DNA of 39,231 nt, from positions 1-39,231 of the IMG/VR virus record IMGVR_UViG_3300038379_000304. One strand, written 5' to 3'. Below are positions 8,067 through 16,517 of the stretch, piece after piece. Source of the DNA: a virus. Taxonomy: Duplodnaviria > Caudoviricetes. Both the position numbers and the translations under genes were made by a program. Each line of letters begins with the position of its first letter. Positions within the stretch are counted from its first letter, which is position 1. The notes below the pieces were generated by a model that had not been told where the DNA came from, ran no database searches, and saw nothing but the letters and a program-made list of their open reading frames with translations.

Positions 8067-9017
8067 GTGGGGCGCAGGGGCAAGCAGCAGATCAGCCGTG
8101 TCGTCTGGTCGTGTGCTCTCGCACTCGGTCTGATCTTCATCCTCATCGCAACGCTCACCGGCTGCGGCCGCGGAGGCGACTCCGTCGCCGGCCCGAGCCC
8201 GGCCGAGCCCACGACCGCGGCGCCGGCCGCGCTCCCGCCGCCTCCGGCCCTGCCCGCCGGCATCTACGGAGCCTTCGCCTCCTCGGGTGACGTGCCGGAG
8301 ACAGCCGCGCACGCGGGGAACGTCCTCCTCGTGATCCCGAGCTACGCGGACGACCCCGAGCTCGTGGCGGCCGCCCTCGCCGCGAACCGCAAGCTCGCGA
8401 TCGTCTCCGCGCATCACGTCTTCGGAGGGCCGCGGTCCGGGTGGGGCGTCGAGGTCGGCTCCTCGGGCATGAGGCCTGGGACGGTCGTTCGCCAGCGTGG
8501 CGTCTCCTACGCCTCCGTCGGCGGCTGGCAGCGGACGCTCGCGTGGATGGAGCCTCTCCGGCGCCGCGGGCTCGTGGCCGCGGTGTACGTGGTCGACGAG
8601 CCGCTGCACAACGGCATCCCGGCCGCCACGCGCGACGATGCGGTGAGGATCGTGCGCGCTGCCGGCTTCCGCACCGTGGTCGGGGAGTGGGTCGACCAGG
8701 CGATCAAGGCCGGGCGCCCCCCGGGCCTCGACCTCTACGGCGTCACCTGCTACGACTGGCCCGGGCAGGGAGGGTGGAGGCAGGACCGCTGCCTGACCGC
8801 CTACGCCGACCGCCCCGAGTGGGACCTGGTCCTCGGGCAGGCGTTCGACCTGCACACGCGCAACGGCGCGGCCGCCACGCAGATCCGCGCGTGGGCCGAG
8901 CTCGCGCGCTCGAAGCAGAAGGCGGGCGTCCTGTACTGGGTGGCGCGCTGGCCCGGACAGACGGGGCTGCTCGACGACGGCGAGCTGCTGGCCGCGTACG
9001 ACCAGGGGGGGCGGTAG
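8067..9017 (+). CDS. Lipoprotein with putative TIM-barrel glycoside hydrolase-like domain (316 aa)
   Basis: Basic N-terminus, hydrophobic helix and lipobox LTGC, then a Pro-rich linker. AVYVVDEP and DLYGVTCY resemble clan GH-A motifs. Confidence 0.55.
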   Translation: MGRRGKQQISRVVWSCALALGLIFILIATLTGCGRGGDSVAGPSPAEPTTAAPAALPPPPALPAGIYGAFASSGDVPETAAHAGNVLLVIPSYADDPELVAAALAANRKLAIVSAHHVFGGPRSGWGVEVGSSGMRPGTVVRQRGVSYASVGGWQRTLAWMEPLRRRGLVAAVYVVDEPLHNGIPAATRDDAVRIVRAAGFRTVVGEWVDQAIKAGRPPGLDLYGVTCYDWPGQGGWRQDRCLTAYADRPEWDLVLGQAFDLHTRNGAAATQIRAWAELARSKQKAGVLYWVARWPGQTGLLDDGELLAAYDQGGR

Positions 9018-9018
9018 G

Positions 9019-9282
9019 GTGTACGTCTCCGCGGTCGAGCTCGAGCCCGGCACCGCCGTGTGGGTGCGCGCGAGGGCCTACTGGCGCCGGGCCCTGGTCG
9101 TCCGAGTTCTCAGGGGCCGCGTGGAGGTGGTCTTCCGGCTGTCCTCCACGCCGCGCCTCGTGCGTCAGCGGGTGCCGCTCGAGGCCGTGCGGCTGTCGAC
9201 GTGGGAGCCTCCTCTGCTCCTGCACTTGAACGTCGCGGCGCCGACGCTCGACGAAGCCCGCGCGGCGGACCTGCTGCCATGA
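9019..9282 (+). CDS. Hypothetical protein, SH3/KOW-like small beta domain (87 aa)
   Basis: LEPGTAVWVRARAYWRRALVVRV...VEVVF pattern; coupled to neighbouring genes. Confidence 0.5.
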   Translation: MYVSAVELEPGTAVWVRARAYWRRALVVRVLRGRVEVVFRLSSTPRLVRQRVPLEAVRLSTWEPPLLLHLNVAAPTLDEARAADLLP

Positions 9283-9683
9283 GCAACACGCAGCAGCGGA
9301 TCGACTGGAGCCCCCCGGCCCCGCCGCCCGTGCCGGCCGCGGCTGACCCGCACTGCCCGGCGCCGGCGCGACGCCGGGCCCACACGTTCAACCGCGCCCT
9401 GCTTTGCCGGCTGATGACCGGCGAGCCGCTCCGGACAGGGGAGCTCGAGGCGCGCGACGAGGCGGGACGGCTGCCGTACGGGAAGCGCTACTGCGCGCGC
9501 ATCCACGACGTGCGGGAGTGGCTGCGCGAGCTCGGCTACGACGGCGACCCGGTGCCGAGGCGGTGTCTCGACTCCGAGGCTTTGACGTGGGAATGGCGGA
9601 TGACGCCGGAGGCGGTCCGCCTGGCGGCCGAGGAGCTGCGCGGCGCGGCGCTCGCCGGGAAGGAGCATCCATGCACTCAGTGA
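9279..9683 (+). CDS. Winged-HTH-like protein (134 aa)
   Basis: ATGA overlap. RYCARIHDVREWLRELGY resembles the phage R-Y-x-ARI-x-D/E-LR HTH family. Confidence 0.55.
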   Translation: MSNTQQRIDWSPPAPPPVPAAADPHCPAPARRRAHTFNRALLCRLMTGEPLRTGELEARDEAGRLPYGKRYCARIHDVREWLRELGYDGDPVPRRCLDSEALTWEWRMTPEAVRLAAEELRGAALAGKEHPCTQ

Positions 9684-9943
9684 ACCTGGCCCCCCGGGGC
9701 CCGCGGTCTGGCCGCCAGCGGCTCACGCTGCTCGGCTGGGCCGTCGCGGCGCTCCTGAGCCTGATCGCGTGGGCCGGGATCGTCCTGGCGGTCCGGTGGC
9801 TGCTGCGCCTGTCGCCCGAGGTGCTGCTACAGGTCTCGGCCGGCGCGCTGCTCCTGGTCGCCGGGGCGATCCTTGGGCGGGCCCTCCTCGAGCTGGACTG
9901 GGCGCCGCCGGCACCCGACGACGTCGACGAGGCCGAGCGATGA
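9671..9943 (+). CDS. Small membrane protein, 2 TM (90 aa)
   Basis: AGGAG RBS and two hydrophobic segments. Confidence 0.6.
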   Translation: MHSVNLAPRGPRSGRQRLTLLGWAVAALLSLIAWAGIVLAVRWLLRLSPEVLLQVSAGALLLVAGAILGRALLELDWAPPAPDDVDEAER

Positions 9944-10161
9944 CGGCGCGGGTGGAGTGGGAGGCCGAGCTCGACCGCAGCCTCGCCGCGGCCCGGGTCG
10001 TGGCCGACATCCGCCGGGCCGTGGGCGCGCGCGTCGCCGCCAGGCAGGCCCGGGTGCGCCGGCGCCGCCGGTCCCGGGTGGTCCGGGGCCTCGGCGTGTG
10101 GGCCGCGGCCGCGCTCGCCTGGGTCCTGACCGGGATCGCCAGGCTGTGGGGGCGCCGGTGA
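9940..10161 (+). CDS. Hypothetical protein with C-terminal TM (73 aa)
   Basis: ATGA overlap; Arg-rich stretch followed by a hydrophobic helix. Confidence 0.55.
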   Translation: MTARVEWEAELDRSLAAARVVADIRRAVGARVAARQARVRRRRRSRVVRGLGVWAAAALAWVLTGIARLWGRR

Positions 10162-10412
10162 GCTTCCACGACGAGGAGTTCTCCAGGCTCGCTCAGGGGC
10201 TCTGCGGGCTGGGCGAGAACGTCCGGCGCCTCGCCGAGGAGGGGCGCCGGCCTGTCGGGTCGGGACTGCCGCGCTCCGGCCGGCCCACCGATCGCGCCTC
10301 GGTGCTCAGCGAGGTGGTGGGGACGATCGAGCAGCTCGAGCACGACCTCGGCAGCCTGGTCGATAAGCCGACGCTTCGGCTGCTCCGGCGCCGCGTCGAG
10401 GCCCTGCGTTGA
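10158..10412 (+). CDS. Hypothetical protein (84 aa)
   Basis: GTGA overlap; coupled in the operon. Confidence 0.5.
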   Translation: MSFHDEEFSRLAQGLCGLGENVRRLAEEGRRPVGSGLPRSGRPTDRASVLSEVVGTIEQLEHDLGSLVDKPTLRLLRRRVEALR

Positions 10413-10999
10413 GCACGCAGGCGGTGGGACAGGAGCGCCACGTGCGTGTCTGCCCGCAGCACGGGCGCGAGGTGGAGGAGCGCGGGACGGCGCTGGTGTG
10501 CCCGGTGGGCGGCCACGCCGTGTCGCACTTCAAGGTCCTCGACCGGCTGAAGCGGACCTTCATCGACGTGCCGGTCGACGGGGACGAGAGGAGGGGAGGG
10601 GTGATGGTGACGACGACGGGACCGATCTCGGTGGCGAAGGCGCCGCCCGCCACGCCGCCGGCCGCGAAGCCTCACTCCGGCGAGCTGGTCGTGCTCGAGC
10701 GCGTGAAGCTGACCGACGACGCCGACAACGTCCTGTGGGTGAGGCTCTCCCGCGTGGGGCTCCGGAGGCCCGTGGGCGGCGTGTACTTCGCCGTGAAGTG
10801 GCAGCTCCTCCCGGGAGGAAACAAGGCGAAGACCTCGAGCGGCACGGTCTCGGCCGAGCCCGCCGAGCCCGCCGCACGGGCGGCCTTCGCGGCCGAGGTG
10901 GCCCGGCTGAAGAAGGAAGGGTGGCAGGCCACCCCGCCGCGCCGCCAGCACGGATTCGCGGCGCCACCGAAGCCCGTGCTGAAGGGGAAGGGGAGGTAG
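10409..10999 (+). CDS. Hypothetical protein with N-terminal Cys/His cluster and WGR-like C-terminal domain
   Basis: CPQH...CPVGGH at the N-terminus. VKWQ...ARAAFAAEVARLKKEGW resembles the WGR domain end. A possible alternative start with its own RBS lies near 10601-10604. Confidence 0.45.
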   Translation: MSTQAVGQERHVRVCPQHGREVEERGTALVCPVGGHAVSHFKVLDRLKRTFIDVPVDGDERRGGVMVTTTGPISVAKAPPATPPAAKPHSGELVVLERVKLTDDADNVLWVRLSRVGLRRPVGGVYFAVKWQLLPGGNKAKTSSGTVSAEPAEPAARAAFAAEVARLKKEGWQATPPRRQHGFAAPPKPVLKGKGR

Positions 11000-11001
11000 A
11001 C

Positions 11002-11361
11002 GTGGCGGAACAGGTCGAGGTCGTCACGCTGGTCAGCCTGGCCGACGGTGCCGCGCTCGAGCTCTTCCAGAGCGAGCTCGACAAGGTCCTGCGCAACATC
11101 CAGGACCTGAACACCGACGCGTCGGCGATCCGGAAGGTGATGCTCGAGGTCTCGATCCAGCCGGACGAGGACCGCGAGCTCGGCGAGGTGAAGGTGAAGG
11201 CGACGTGCAAGCTGGCGGGTCTGAAGGGCGCGCACACGCGCGTCTACTTCGGCCGCCACCAGGGCCAGTTCGTGGCCACGGAGTTCAATCCGAAGCAACA
11301 GGGGCTCTTCGACGAGAAGCCCGTGCTGCGGGAGATCGCAGGGAAGAAGGGAGGGGCGTAG
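11002..11361 (+). CDS. Conserved phage protein (119 aa), family often labelled 'replication terminator protein'
   Basis: GGAGG RBS. LADGAALELF..EL.KVL.NI.D.NT....RKV is a recognisable family motif, and it pairs with the next gene. C-terminal QQGLF. Confidence 0.7.
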   Translation: MAEQVEVVTLVSLADGAALELFQSELDKVLRNIQDLNTDASAIRKVMLEVSIQPDEDRELGEVKVKATCKLAGLKGAHTRVYFGRHQGQFVATEFNPKQQGLFDEKPVLREIAGKKGGA

Positions 11362-11364
11362 CTC

Positions 11365-12135
11365 ATGCTCGATGGAGAGTTCGTCAACGTGCTGGCCAAG
11401 GAGTTCCGCGGCTACAAGGCCGAGACCGTCGTGATCGACGGCCTGACTTACCTGGTGTCGCCGGACGGCAACGGCGGCTTCAGGGTGATCGACCTGCCGC
11501 GGCCGAAGGCGATGCCGGCCCCGGTGGTGCTCGGCACGCTGGCCGGCTTCGCCGCGTACGTGAAGGAGAACCGGGACAAGCTCGACCTCGGCACGCTCGC
11601 CACGATCGTGCGCAGCCACTCCCGCGTGCAGCTCGTCGGCCCGCTGCAGGGCGAGTTCCAGCAGCGCCCCGTGTTCGCCGCGGCCGACCTCCACGAGCTC
11701 GCCGGTGACACGGGCTTCCGGTTCGGGACCTACCTCGACCCGGAGACGTTCGTGATCGACGTGCAGGCCCGATTCGTCCCCACCGACACGCGCGCCGCGG
11801 TGCTCGCGCTCGTCGGGAACCTCAAGGACGAGTCGGTCCGCCAGGCGAACGACGACGGTGTCACCCAAGTCGTCGCGGCCCGGGCCGGCGTCGTCATGGC
11901 GAGGGAGGTCGAGGTCCCGAACCCCGTGAAGCTGAAGCCGTTCCGGACGTTCCGGGAGGTGGAGCAGCCCGAGTCGCGCTTCGTCCTGCGGGTGAAGCGG
12001 GGGAGCGAGGGGCAGCTGCCCACGTGCGCGCTCTACGAGGCCGACGGCGCCGCGTGGAAGCTCGAGGCCGTCTCGTCGATCGCGACCTGGCTGCGCGAGA
12101 AGCTCGACAAGACCGGCGTGGTCGTCATCGCCTGA
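11365..12135 (+). CDS. Conserved phage protein (256 aa), DUF2303/YfdQ-like partner of the previous gene
   Basis: DDGVTQ...PNPVKLKPFRTFREVEQPESRFVLR...CALYEADGAAWK is a recognisable phage family motif. Confidence 0.7.
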   Translation: MLDGEFVNVLAKEFRGYKAETVVIDGLTYLVSPDGNGGFRVIDLPRPKAMPAPVVLGTLAGFAAYVKENRDKLDLGTLATIVRSHSRVQLVGPLQGEFQQRPVFAAADLHELAGDTGFRFGTYLDPETFVIDVQARFVPTDTRAAVLALVGNLKDESVRQANDDGVTQVVAARAGVVMAREVEVPNPVKLKPFRTFREVEQPESRFVLRVKRGSEGQLPTCALYEADGAAWKLEAVSSIATWLREKLDKTGVVVIA

Positions 12136-12167
12136 GCCGCGAGCTCGGAGAAGGGAAGCAGGACCCC

Positions 12168-13748
12168 ATGTCCACCCCGGCTCTCGCCGCCCCCCAGGGC
12201 GGCGCCGTGACGTCCCTCCCGGTGCGCGCGATCGCGCCGGGGGGGACCAACCCCCGCAAGCGGTTCGACCCCGACGCCATGCGCGAGCTCGTCGAGAGCG
12301 TGAAGGCGCACGGCGTGCTGCAGCCGGTGCTCGTGCGGCCCTGGAACTCGCCGCAGGTCCTCGATCGGGTCCGCCGCCTGCCCAAGGGCGCGCTCACCGC
12401 GGACGACGGCAGCTTCTACGAGCTGATCGCCGGCGAGCGGCGCTGGCGGGCGGCGCAGGATGCCGGCCTCGACGAGATCCCGGCGCTCGTCCGTGCGCTC
12501 GACGACGACCAGGTCCTCGAGATCCAGGTGGTCGAGAACCTCCAGCGCCAGGACCTGCACCCACTCGAGGAGTGCGAGGGCTACATGCGGCTGCGGCGGG
12601 CCGGGTACGACGTCGCCCGCATCGCCGAGCGCGTCGGTCGGTCCGTGGCGTACATCTACGACCGCCTGCGCCTGGCCAACCTCACCTCGCACGCTCGCCG
12701 TCTCTTCGAGGAGGGAAAGATCCAGGCCGGCCACGCCGTGCTGCTCGCGCGGCTCACGGCCGACCAGCAGACCCTGGCCATCGAGACGGAGTTCGCGCTC
12801 TTCAGCCCGGAGCGGACGTTGTTCGACCCGCGCGGGGCCGACGAGATCGAGGCCGCCGACAGGGCCGACCCCATGAGGGGCATGAAGGCCAGCACGGTGC
12901 GCGAGCTGCAGGCGTGGATCGACGAGCACTGCAAGCTCGACGTCGACAAGCAGGCCGACCTCGAGCAGCTCTTCCCGGAGGTGGCCGCGGCGGTCGACCA
13001 GGCCGCCGCCGCCGGCGCCGAGCACGACGAGCCGAGGAAGGTGGTGCAGGTCACCTACGAGAGCTACGTCCGGCCAACCGCCCGCGACGGCTCGAAGATC
13101 TACGGGCCCCGCAGCTGGAAGGAGGCAACGAAGCCCTGTCCGCACCTGGCCACGGGCGTGGTGGTGGTCGGGCCCGGCCGCGGCGCGGCGCTCACCGTCT
13201 GCCTCGAGAAGAAGAAGTGCCGGGTCCACTGGGGCGCGGAGATCCGGGCCCACGAGAAGGCCGTGAAGGCCGGCGAGGCCGCGGCCGCCGCCGGCGGGAA
13301 GACCGGCGCCGCCCGGATCGCCGACCGCGAGAAGGCCGCGCGGGAGCAGTACGAGCGGGAACGGCGCGAGCGCGACGAGAAGGACCGGCAGTGGAGGGCC
13401 GCCTCTGCTGACATCCTCGCGGCGCTCGCCGAGGGAGTGAAGAAGGCCGCGGTGAAGGAGCTCGGCGACATCGTCGTCGACGCCGTCTGCGCGAACGGTG
13501 GACTGAGCCGCAGCAAGGCGGCGGAGCGCCTGGGCGTACCCCGCGGCGAAGCGGTCGAGACGCTGCAGCACGCCGCGCTCATCGCGCTTGCCGAGGCCGC
13601 CGCGGAGTGGAACGCCTGGAAGACGTTCCCGCCGATCGCGCGGGCCCTCGGCGTGGACCTCAAGCCGGTCCTCGCGAAGCACGCGCCGAAGACGGAGCCC
13701 GAGGCGCCGCCGACGAAGCCAGCGAGGAAGGGGAAGGGCGGGCGCTGA
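12168..13748 (+). CDS. parB: ParB/RepB/Spo0J-family protein with long C-terminal extension (526 aa)
   Basis: NPRKRFD, GVLQPVLVRP, LIAGERRWRAA, ENLQRQDLHPLEE, followed by an HTH. Confidence 0.9.
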   Translation: MSTPALAAPQGGAVTSLPVRAIAPGGTNPRKRFDPDAMRELVESVKAHGVLQPVLVRPWNSPQVLDRVRRLPKGALTADDGSFYELIAGERRWRAAQDAGLDEIPALVRALDDDQVLEIQVVENLQRQDLHPLEECEGYMRLRRAGYDVARIAERVGRSVAYIYDRLRLANLTSHARRLFEEGKIQAGHAVLLARLTADQQTLAIETEFALFSPERTLFDPRGADEIEAADRADPMRGMKASTVRELQAWIDEHCKLDVDKQADLEQLFPEVAAAVDQAAAAGAEHDEPRKVVQVTYESYVRPTARDGSKIYGPRSWKEATKPCPHLATGVVVVGPGRGAALTVCLEKKKCRVHWGAEIRAHEKAVKAGEAAAAAGGKTGAARIADREKAAREQYERERRERDEKDRQWRAASADILAALAEGVKKAAVKELGDIVVDAVCANGGLSRSKAAERLGVPRGEAVETLQHAALIALAEAAAEWNAWKTFPPIARALGVDLKPVLAKHAPKTEPEAPPTKPARKGKGGR

Positions 13749-14767
13749 TGGCGAAGCGCGGCACCCTGACCCACCGGCGCACCCGTAGGCTCGCCGCGAT
13801 CCTGCGGGTGGCGCCGCCGTACGCCCTCGGCCTGATGGAGGCGCTCTGGCACGTGACCGCGGAGCACGCCCCGGCCGGGGACGTCGGCCGCATGTCGGAC
13901 CAGGACCTCGCCGACGAGCTGTACTGGGACGGCGACGCCGCGGAGCTCGTGGGGGCGTACGTCAAGGCCGGCGTCCTCGAGCGGCACCAGTCGCACCGCC
14001 TGGTCGTGCACGGGTGGTCGGAGCACGCCGACAACGCCGTCCGCCACAAGCTGAAGCGCGCCGGGAGGGTGTTCTGGGATGGCGAGCCGCCGTTTCGCCG
14101 TCGCCAGTCGGAGCCAGACGACGGCGACGCTCCGACCGAGCATGATCAGACGGCGACTGATCATGATAAGTCGCCGCCGGTCGCCGACACACCACGATCA
14201 GACGAAATCGAGCCTGCCAGTAACCAGCGACCAGCGACCAGTGCCAGCGACCAGTGCCAGCGACCAGCCACCAGCGACCAGCGACCACGGACCCCCCCTG
14301 GCCCCCCCGCTGTCGCGGGTGGGCGCGCCGGCGGCGGGCCGGCCAGGGTTGGCGACACGCTCCCGGGTGGGTCGGTCGTGCTCGAGCTCGACGAACGCGG
14401 GCCGGTGGTCGTCGCGAAACCGCCGCGATCGGCGCGCGCGGAGGCGACCGCGGCGGCCGAGCGCGTCGTGGTGTTCGCGACGCGGCGGCTCGGCTACCGG
14501 TTCGACCGGACCCAACGCCGGGCACTCGTCCAACGGCTCCTCTACGGCGAGACCGAGGCCCAGCTGCTGGCGCCGTACGAGCGGCAGCTCGCCGCGCTCG
14601 AGGCCGCTGACAGAGAACCCGAGGACGGCCCCCCGGACCCGGGAACCGTCGACGAGGAGGCCGAGGCCCTGCGGCTCTTGGCGCCGCCCGCCGCACCGCC
14701 GCCGGAGCCGCGGTTCATGCCGAGCTCCACGGTCGCGATCCACAACACCACCCGAGGTGCAGCGTGA
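13748..14767 (+). CDS. Phage replication initiator / replisome organiser-like protein (339 aa)
   Basis: N-terminal H..TRRLA..L......LGL..LW...G......DLA...W.GD...LV......G.L.......HGWSEH motif. Central low-complexity repeat region, as in lambda O-type genes. Confidence 0.7.
   Translation: MAKRGTLTHRRTRRLAAILRVAPPYALGLMEALWHVTAEHAPAGDVGRMSDQDLADELYWDGDAAELVGAYVKAGVLERHQSHRLVVHGWSEHADNAVRHKLKRAGRVFWDGEPPFRRRQSEPDDGDAPTEHDQTATDHDKSPPVADTPRSDEIEPASNQRPATSASDQCQRPATSDQRPRTPPGPPAVAGGRAGGGPARVGDTLPGGSVVLELDERGPVVVAKPPRSARAEATAAAERVVVFATRRLGYRFDRTQRRALVQRLLYGETEAQLLAPYERQLAALEAADREPEDGPPDPGTVDEEAEALRLLAPPAAPPPEPRFMPSSTVAIHNTTRGAA
14217..14291 (+). repeat. Tandem CCAGCGA/CCAGTG repeats (11 units) inside the replication gene; candidate origin region
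   Basis: Units read CCAGTAA, CCAGCGA x2, CCAGTG, CCAGCGA, CCAGTG, CCAGCGA, CCAGCCA, CCAGCGA x2, CCACGGA. Just upstream are two copies of GATCAGACG and a GGCGACT/AGTCGCC inverted repeat. Confidence 0.75.
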
Positions 14768-15093
14768 GGCTCTCCGACATTCGCGGCTGCGACGGCTGCC
14801 ACGGCCTGATCTTCCAGCCGACCGCCCGCTCGTTCTTCGTGATCCGGGTCTCCACGGCGATCGTCACGCCCGCCGGCCTCGAGGTGGCGGCCGCGGCCGC
14901 CCGCAACGGGGTGCCGCTGCAGCGGCTTCACGACACCCCGGCTTCGATCGCTGTCCTCGGCGACGAGCGGCCCGAGATGATGCACGAGATCCACCTCTGC
15001 CGGAGCTGCCTCGGCACGAAGCCCCTGGCCGGGATCGTGGCCGAGCGGATGGCCGCGCACGAGGCCCGGGTCGCGCGGGGAATGGCGTCGTGA
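14764..15093 (+). CDS. Zinc-binding hypothetical protein (109 aa)
   Basis: CDGC ... CRSC pairs; GTGA overlap. Confidence 0.65.
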   Translation: MRLSDIRGCDGCHGLIFQPTARSFFVIRVSTAIVTPAGLEVAAAAARNGVPLQRLHDTPASIAVLGDERPEMMHEIHLCRSCLGTKPLAGIVAERMAAHEARVARGMAS

Positions 15094-15425
15094 GCGCGCT
15101 CGAGGACCTGCTCGAGCACCAGATCCGCGCGCACGGGCTCCCAACCGCCGAGCGGGAGTACCGCTTCCACGACACCCGCCGGTGGCGGTTCGACTTCGCC
15201 TGGCCGGACATGCATGTCGCGGCCGAGGTCGACGGCGGCACGTGGGCGCGCGGCCGGCACGTCACCGGGCGCGGGTTCGAGAGCGACGCCGAGAAGACGA
15301 ACGCGGCCGTCGCCGCGGGCTGGCGCGTGTACCGCTTCACCTCGACCCACGTCCGGACCGGCTACGCCGTCGCGCAGCTCCGGACCGAGCTCGAGCGGGC
15401 CGCCTGGTCGAGAGTTGAGCCGTGA
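15090..15425 (+). CDS. DUF559/Vsr-like endonuclease (111 aa)
   Basis: EYRFH..RRWRFDFAWP...AAEVDGG.W..GRH......D.EK.N.A...GWRVYRFT. Confidence 0.85.
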   Translation: MSALEDLLEHQIRAHGLPTAEREYRFHDTRRWRFDFAWPDMHVAAEVDGGTWARGRHVTGRGFESDAEKTNAAVAAGWRVYRFTSTHVRTGYAVAQLRTELERAAWSRVEP

Positions 15426-15646
15426 GCGGGTGCGACGAGCCCGGGTGTCCGCTCGACGAGCGCCGGCTCTACGTCGTGGTGGACGGGCGGGGCTACTGCT
15501 CGACGCACTGGAAGGCGGCCGGGCGGCCGTGGCCGCGGGCGGTGGCCAGCATGGAGCGCGTGCACGAGGCCGAGCTGCAGACGCGCGCGCGCATGACGGC
15601 TCGGGGCGGGACCGACCGGCACATGGTGCGGAACGGGAGGACGTGA
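15422..15646 (+). CDS. Small zinc-finger-like protein (74 aa)
   Basis: CDEPGC ... YCSTH; GTGA overlap; stops 2 nt before array 1. Confidence 0.6.
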   Translation: MSGCDEPGCPLDERRLYVVVDGRGYCSTHWKAAGRPWPRAVASMERVHEAELQTRARMTARGGTDRHMVRNGRT

Positions 15647-15648
15647 CG

Positions 15649-15795
15649 GGCGAGGCAGGCAAGGCAAGGGCTGGCGAGGCCCGGCGTGGCCGCGCAAGGG
15701 TTGGCGAGGCAGGCGTGGGCTGGCTTGGCGTGGCCCGGCCTGGCGAGGCATGGCACGGCCCGGCGAGGCCGGGCTCGGCGAGGCAAGGCAGGCGA
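15649..15795 (+). repeat. GGC-NN pentamer array 1 (putative non-coding guide RNA array, 2 units)
   Basis: Parsed as GGCGA GGCA | 10 pentamers (15658-15707) | GGCA | 15 pentamers (15712-15786) | GGCA GGCGA. Intergenic and directly upstream of the RAMP gene. Confidence 0.9.
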
Positions 15796-15836
15796 GGACG
15801 TGACGGAGACGCGGAGAGGCTAAAAAAGGGGATCAC

Positions 15837-16514
15837 ATGGCATTCAAGAAGGCTGAAAAGATCGCAATCACGGCGCCCAAGATGCAGGAGGTGAAGTTCC
15901 GCATCATCGGGACGGCGCCGCTGGTGCAGAACAAGTTCTCACAGCGCACCCTGGAGGGCATGGCGGCCGACCAGGCGGCGGGGTCGGCCGCGAAGAAGAA
16001 GTCGAAGCGCGACGCGAAGGACTTCGACGCCTGCGTCCGCGAGGCGACCCACGTCTCGGAGAAGGGCTGGGCCGGAATCCCGGCCTCGGCGTTCCGGGCC
16101 GGGCTCATCTCGACGTGCCGGCTGCTCGGCTTCCCGATGACACTCGCGAAGCTCTCCGTGTTCGTCGTCGCCGACGGCTACGAGCGCGACCGCTTCGGCG
16201 TGCAGCCGCTCGTCAAGATCACGAAGGGCAAGCCCGAGCGGACGGACTTCGCCGTCCGCAACGCAACCGGCGTCGCCGACATCCGCCCGCGGCCAATGTG
16301 GGCCGAGGGCTGGGAGGCGATGGTGACGATCCGCTTCGACGCGGATCAGTTCACGATCGACGACGTCACGAACCTGCTCGCGCGGATGGGGATGCAGGTC
16401 GGCATCGGCGCCGGCCGCCCCGACTCGAAGGACAGCGCGGGGATGGGCTGGGGCACCTTCCGGATCGCGGGCCACGAGGACGCGAAGAAGTCCACCAAGA
16501 AGGGGGAGGAGTAG
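15837..16514 (+). CDS. Standalone Cas7/Csm3-like RAMP protein (225 aa), putative guide-RNA-binding filament subunit (Vipr-like)
   Basis: RAMP hallmarks in order: N-terminal strand KFRIIGTAPL, GIPASAFRAGL (cf. IPGSSLKG of Csm3/Cas7), an R-P-R-P element, and a C-terminal glycine-rich loop GIGAGRP..SAGMGWGTF. No other cas genes are present in the genome. Confidence 0.8.
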   Translation: MAFKKAEKIAITAPKMQEVKFRIIGTAPLVQNKFSQRTLEGMAADQAAGSAAKKKSKRDAKDFDACVREATHVSEKGWAGIPASAFRAGLISTCRLLGFPMTLAKLSVFVVADGYERDRFGVQPLVKITKGKPERTDFAVRNATGVADIRPRPMWAEGWEAMVTIRFDADQFTIDDVTNLLARMGMQVGIGAGRPDSKDSAGMGWGTFRIAGHEDAKKSTKKGEE

Positions 16515-16517
16515 ACA

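Noticed and set aside
15649-15795. Simple microsatellite or G-quadruplex tract as the sole explanation
   Set aside because: NN positions are highly diverse while the register and GGCA punctuation are strictly kept, and both tracts abut a RAMP operon. G4 formation is not excluded but does not explain the grammar.
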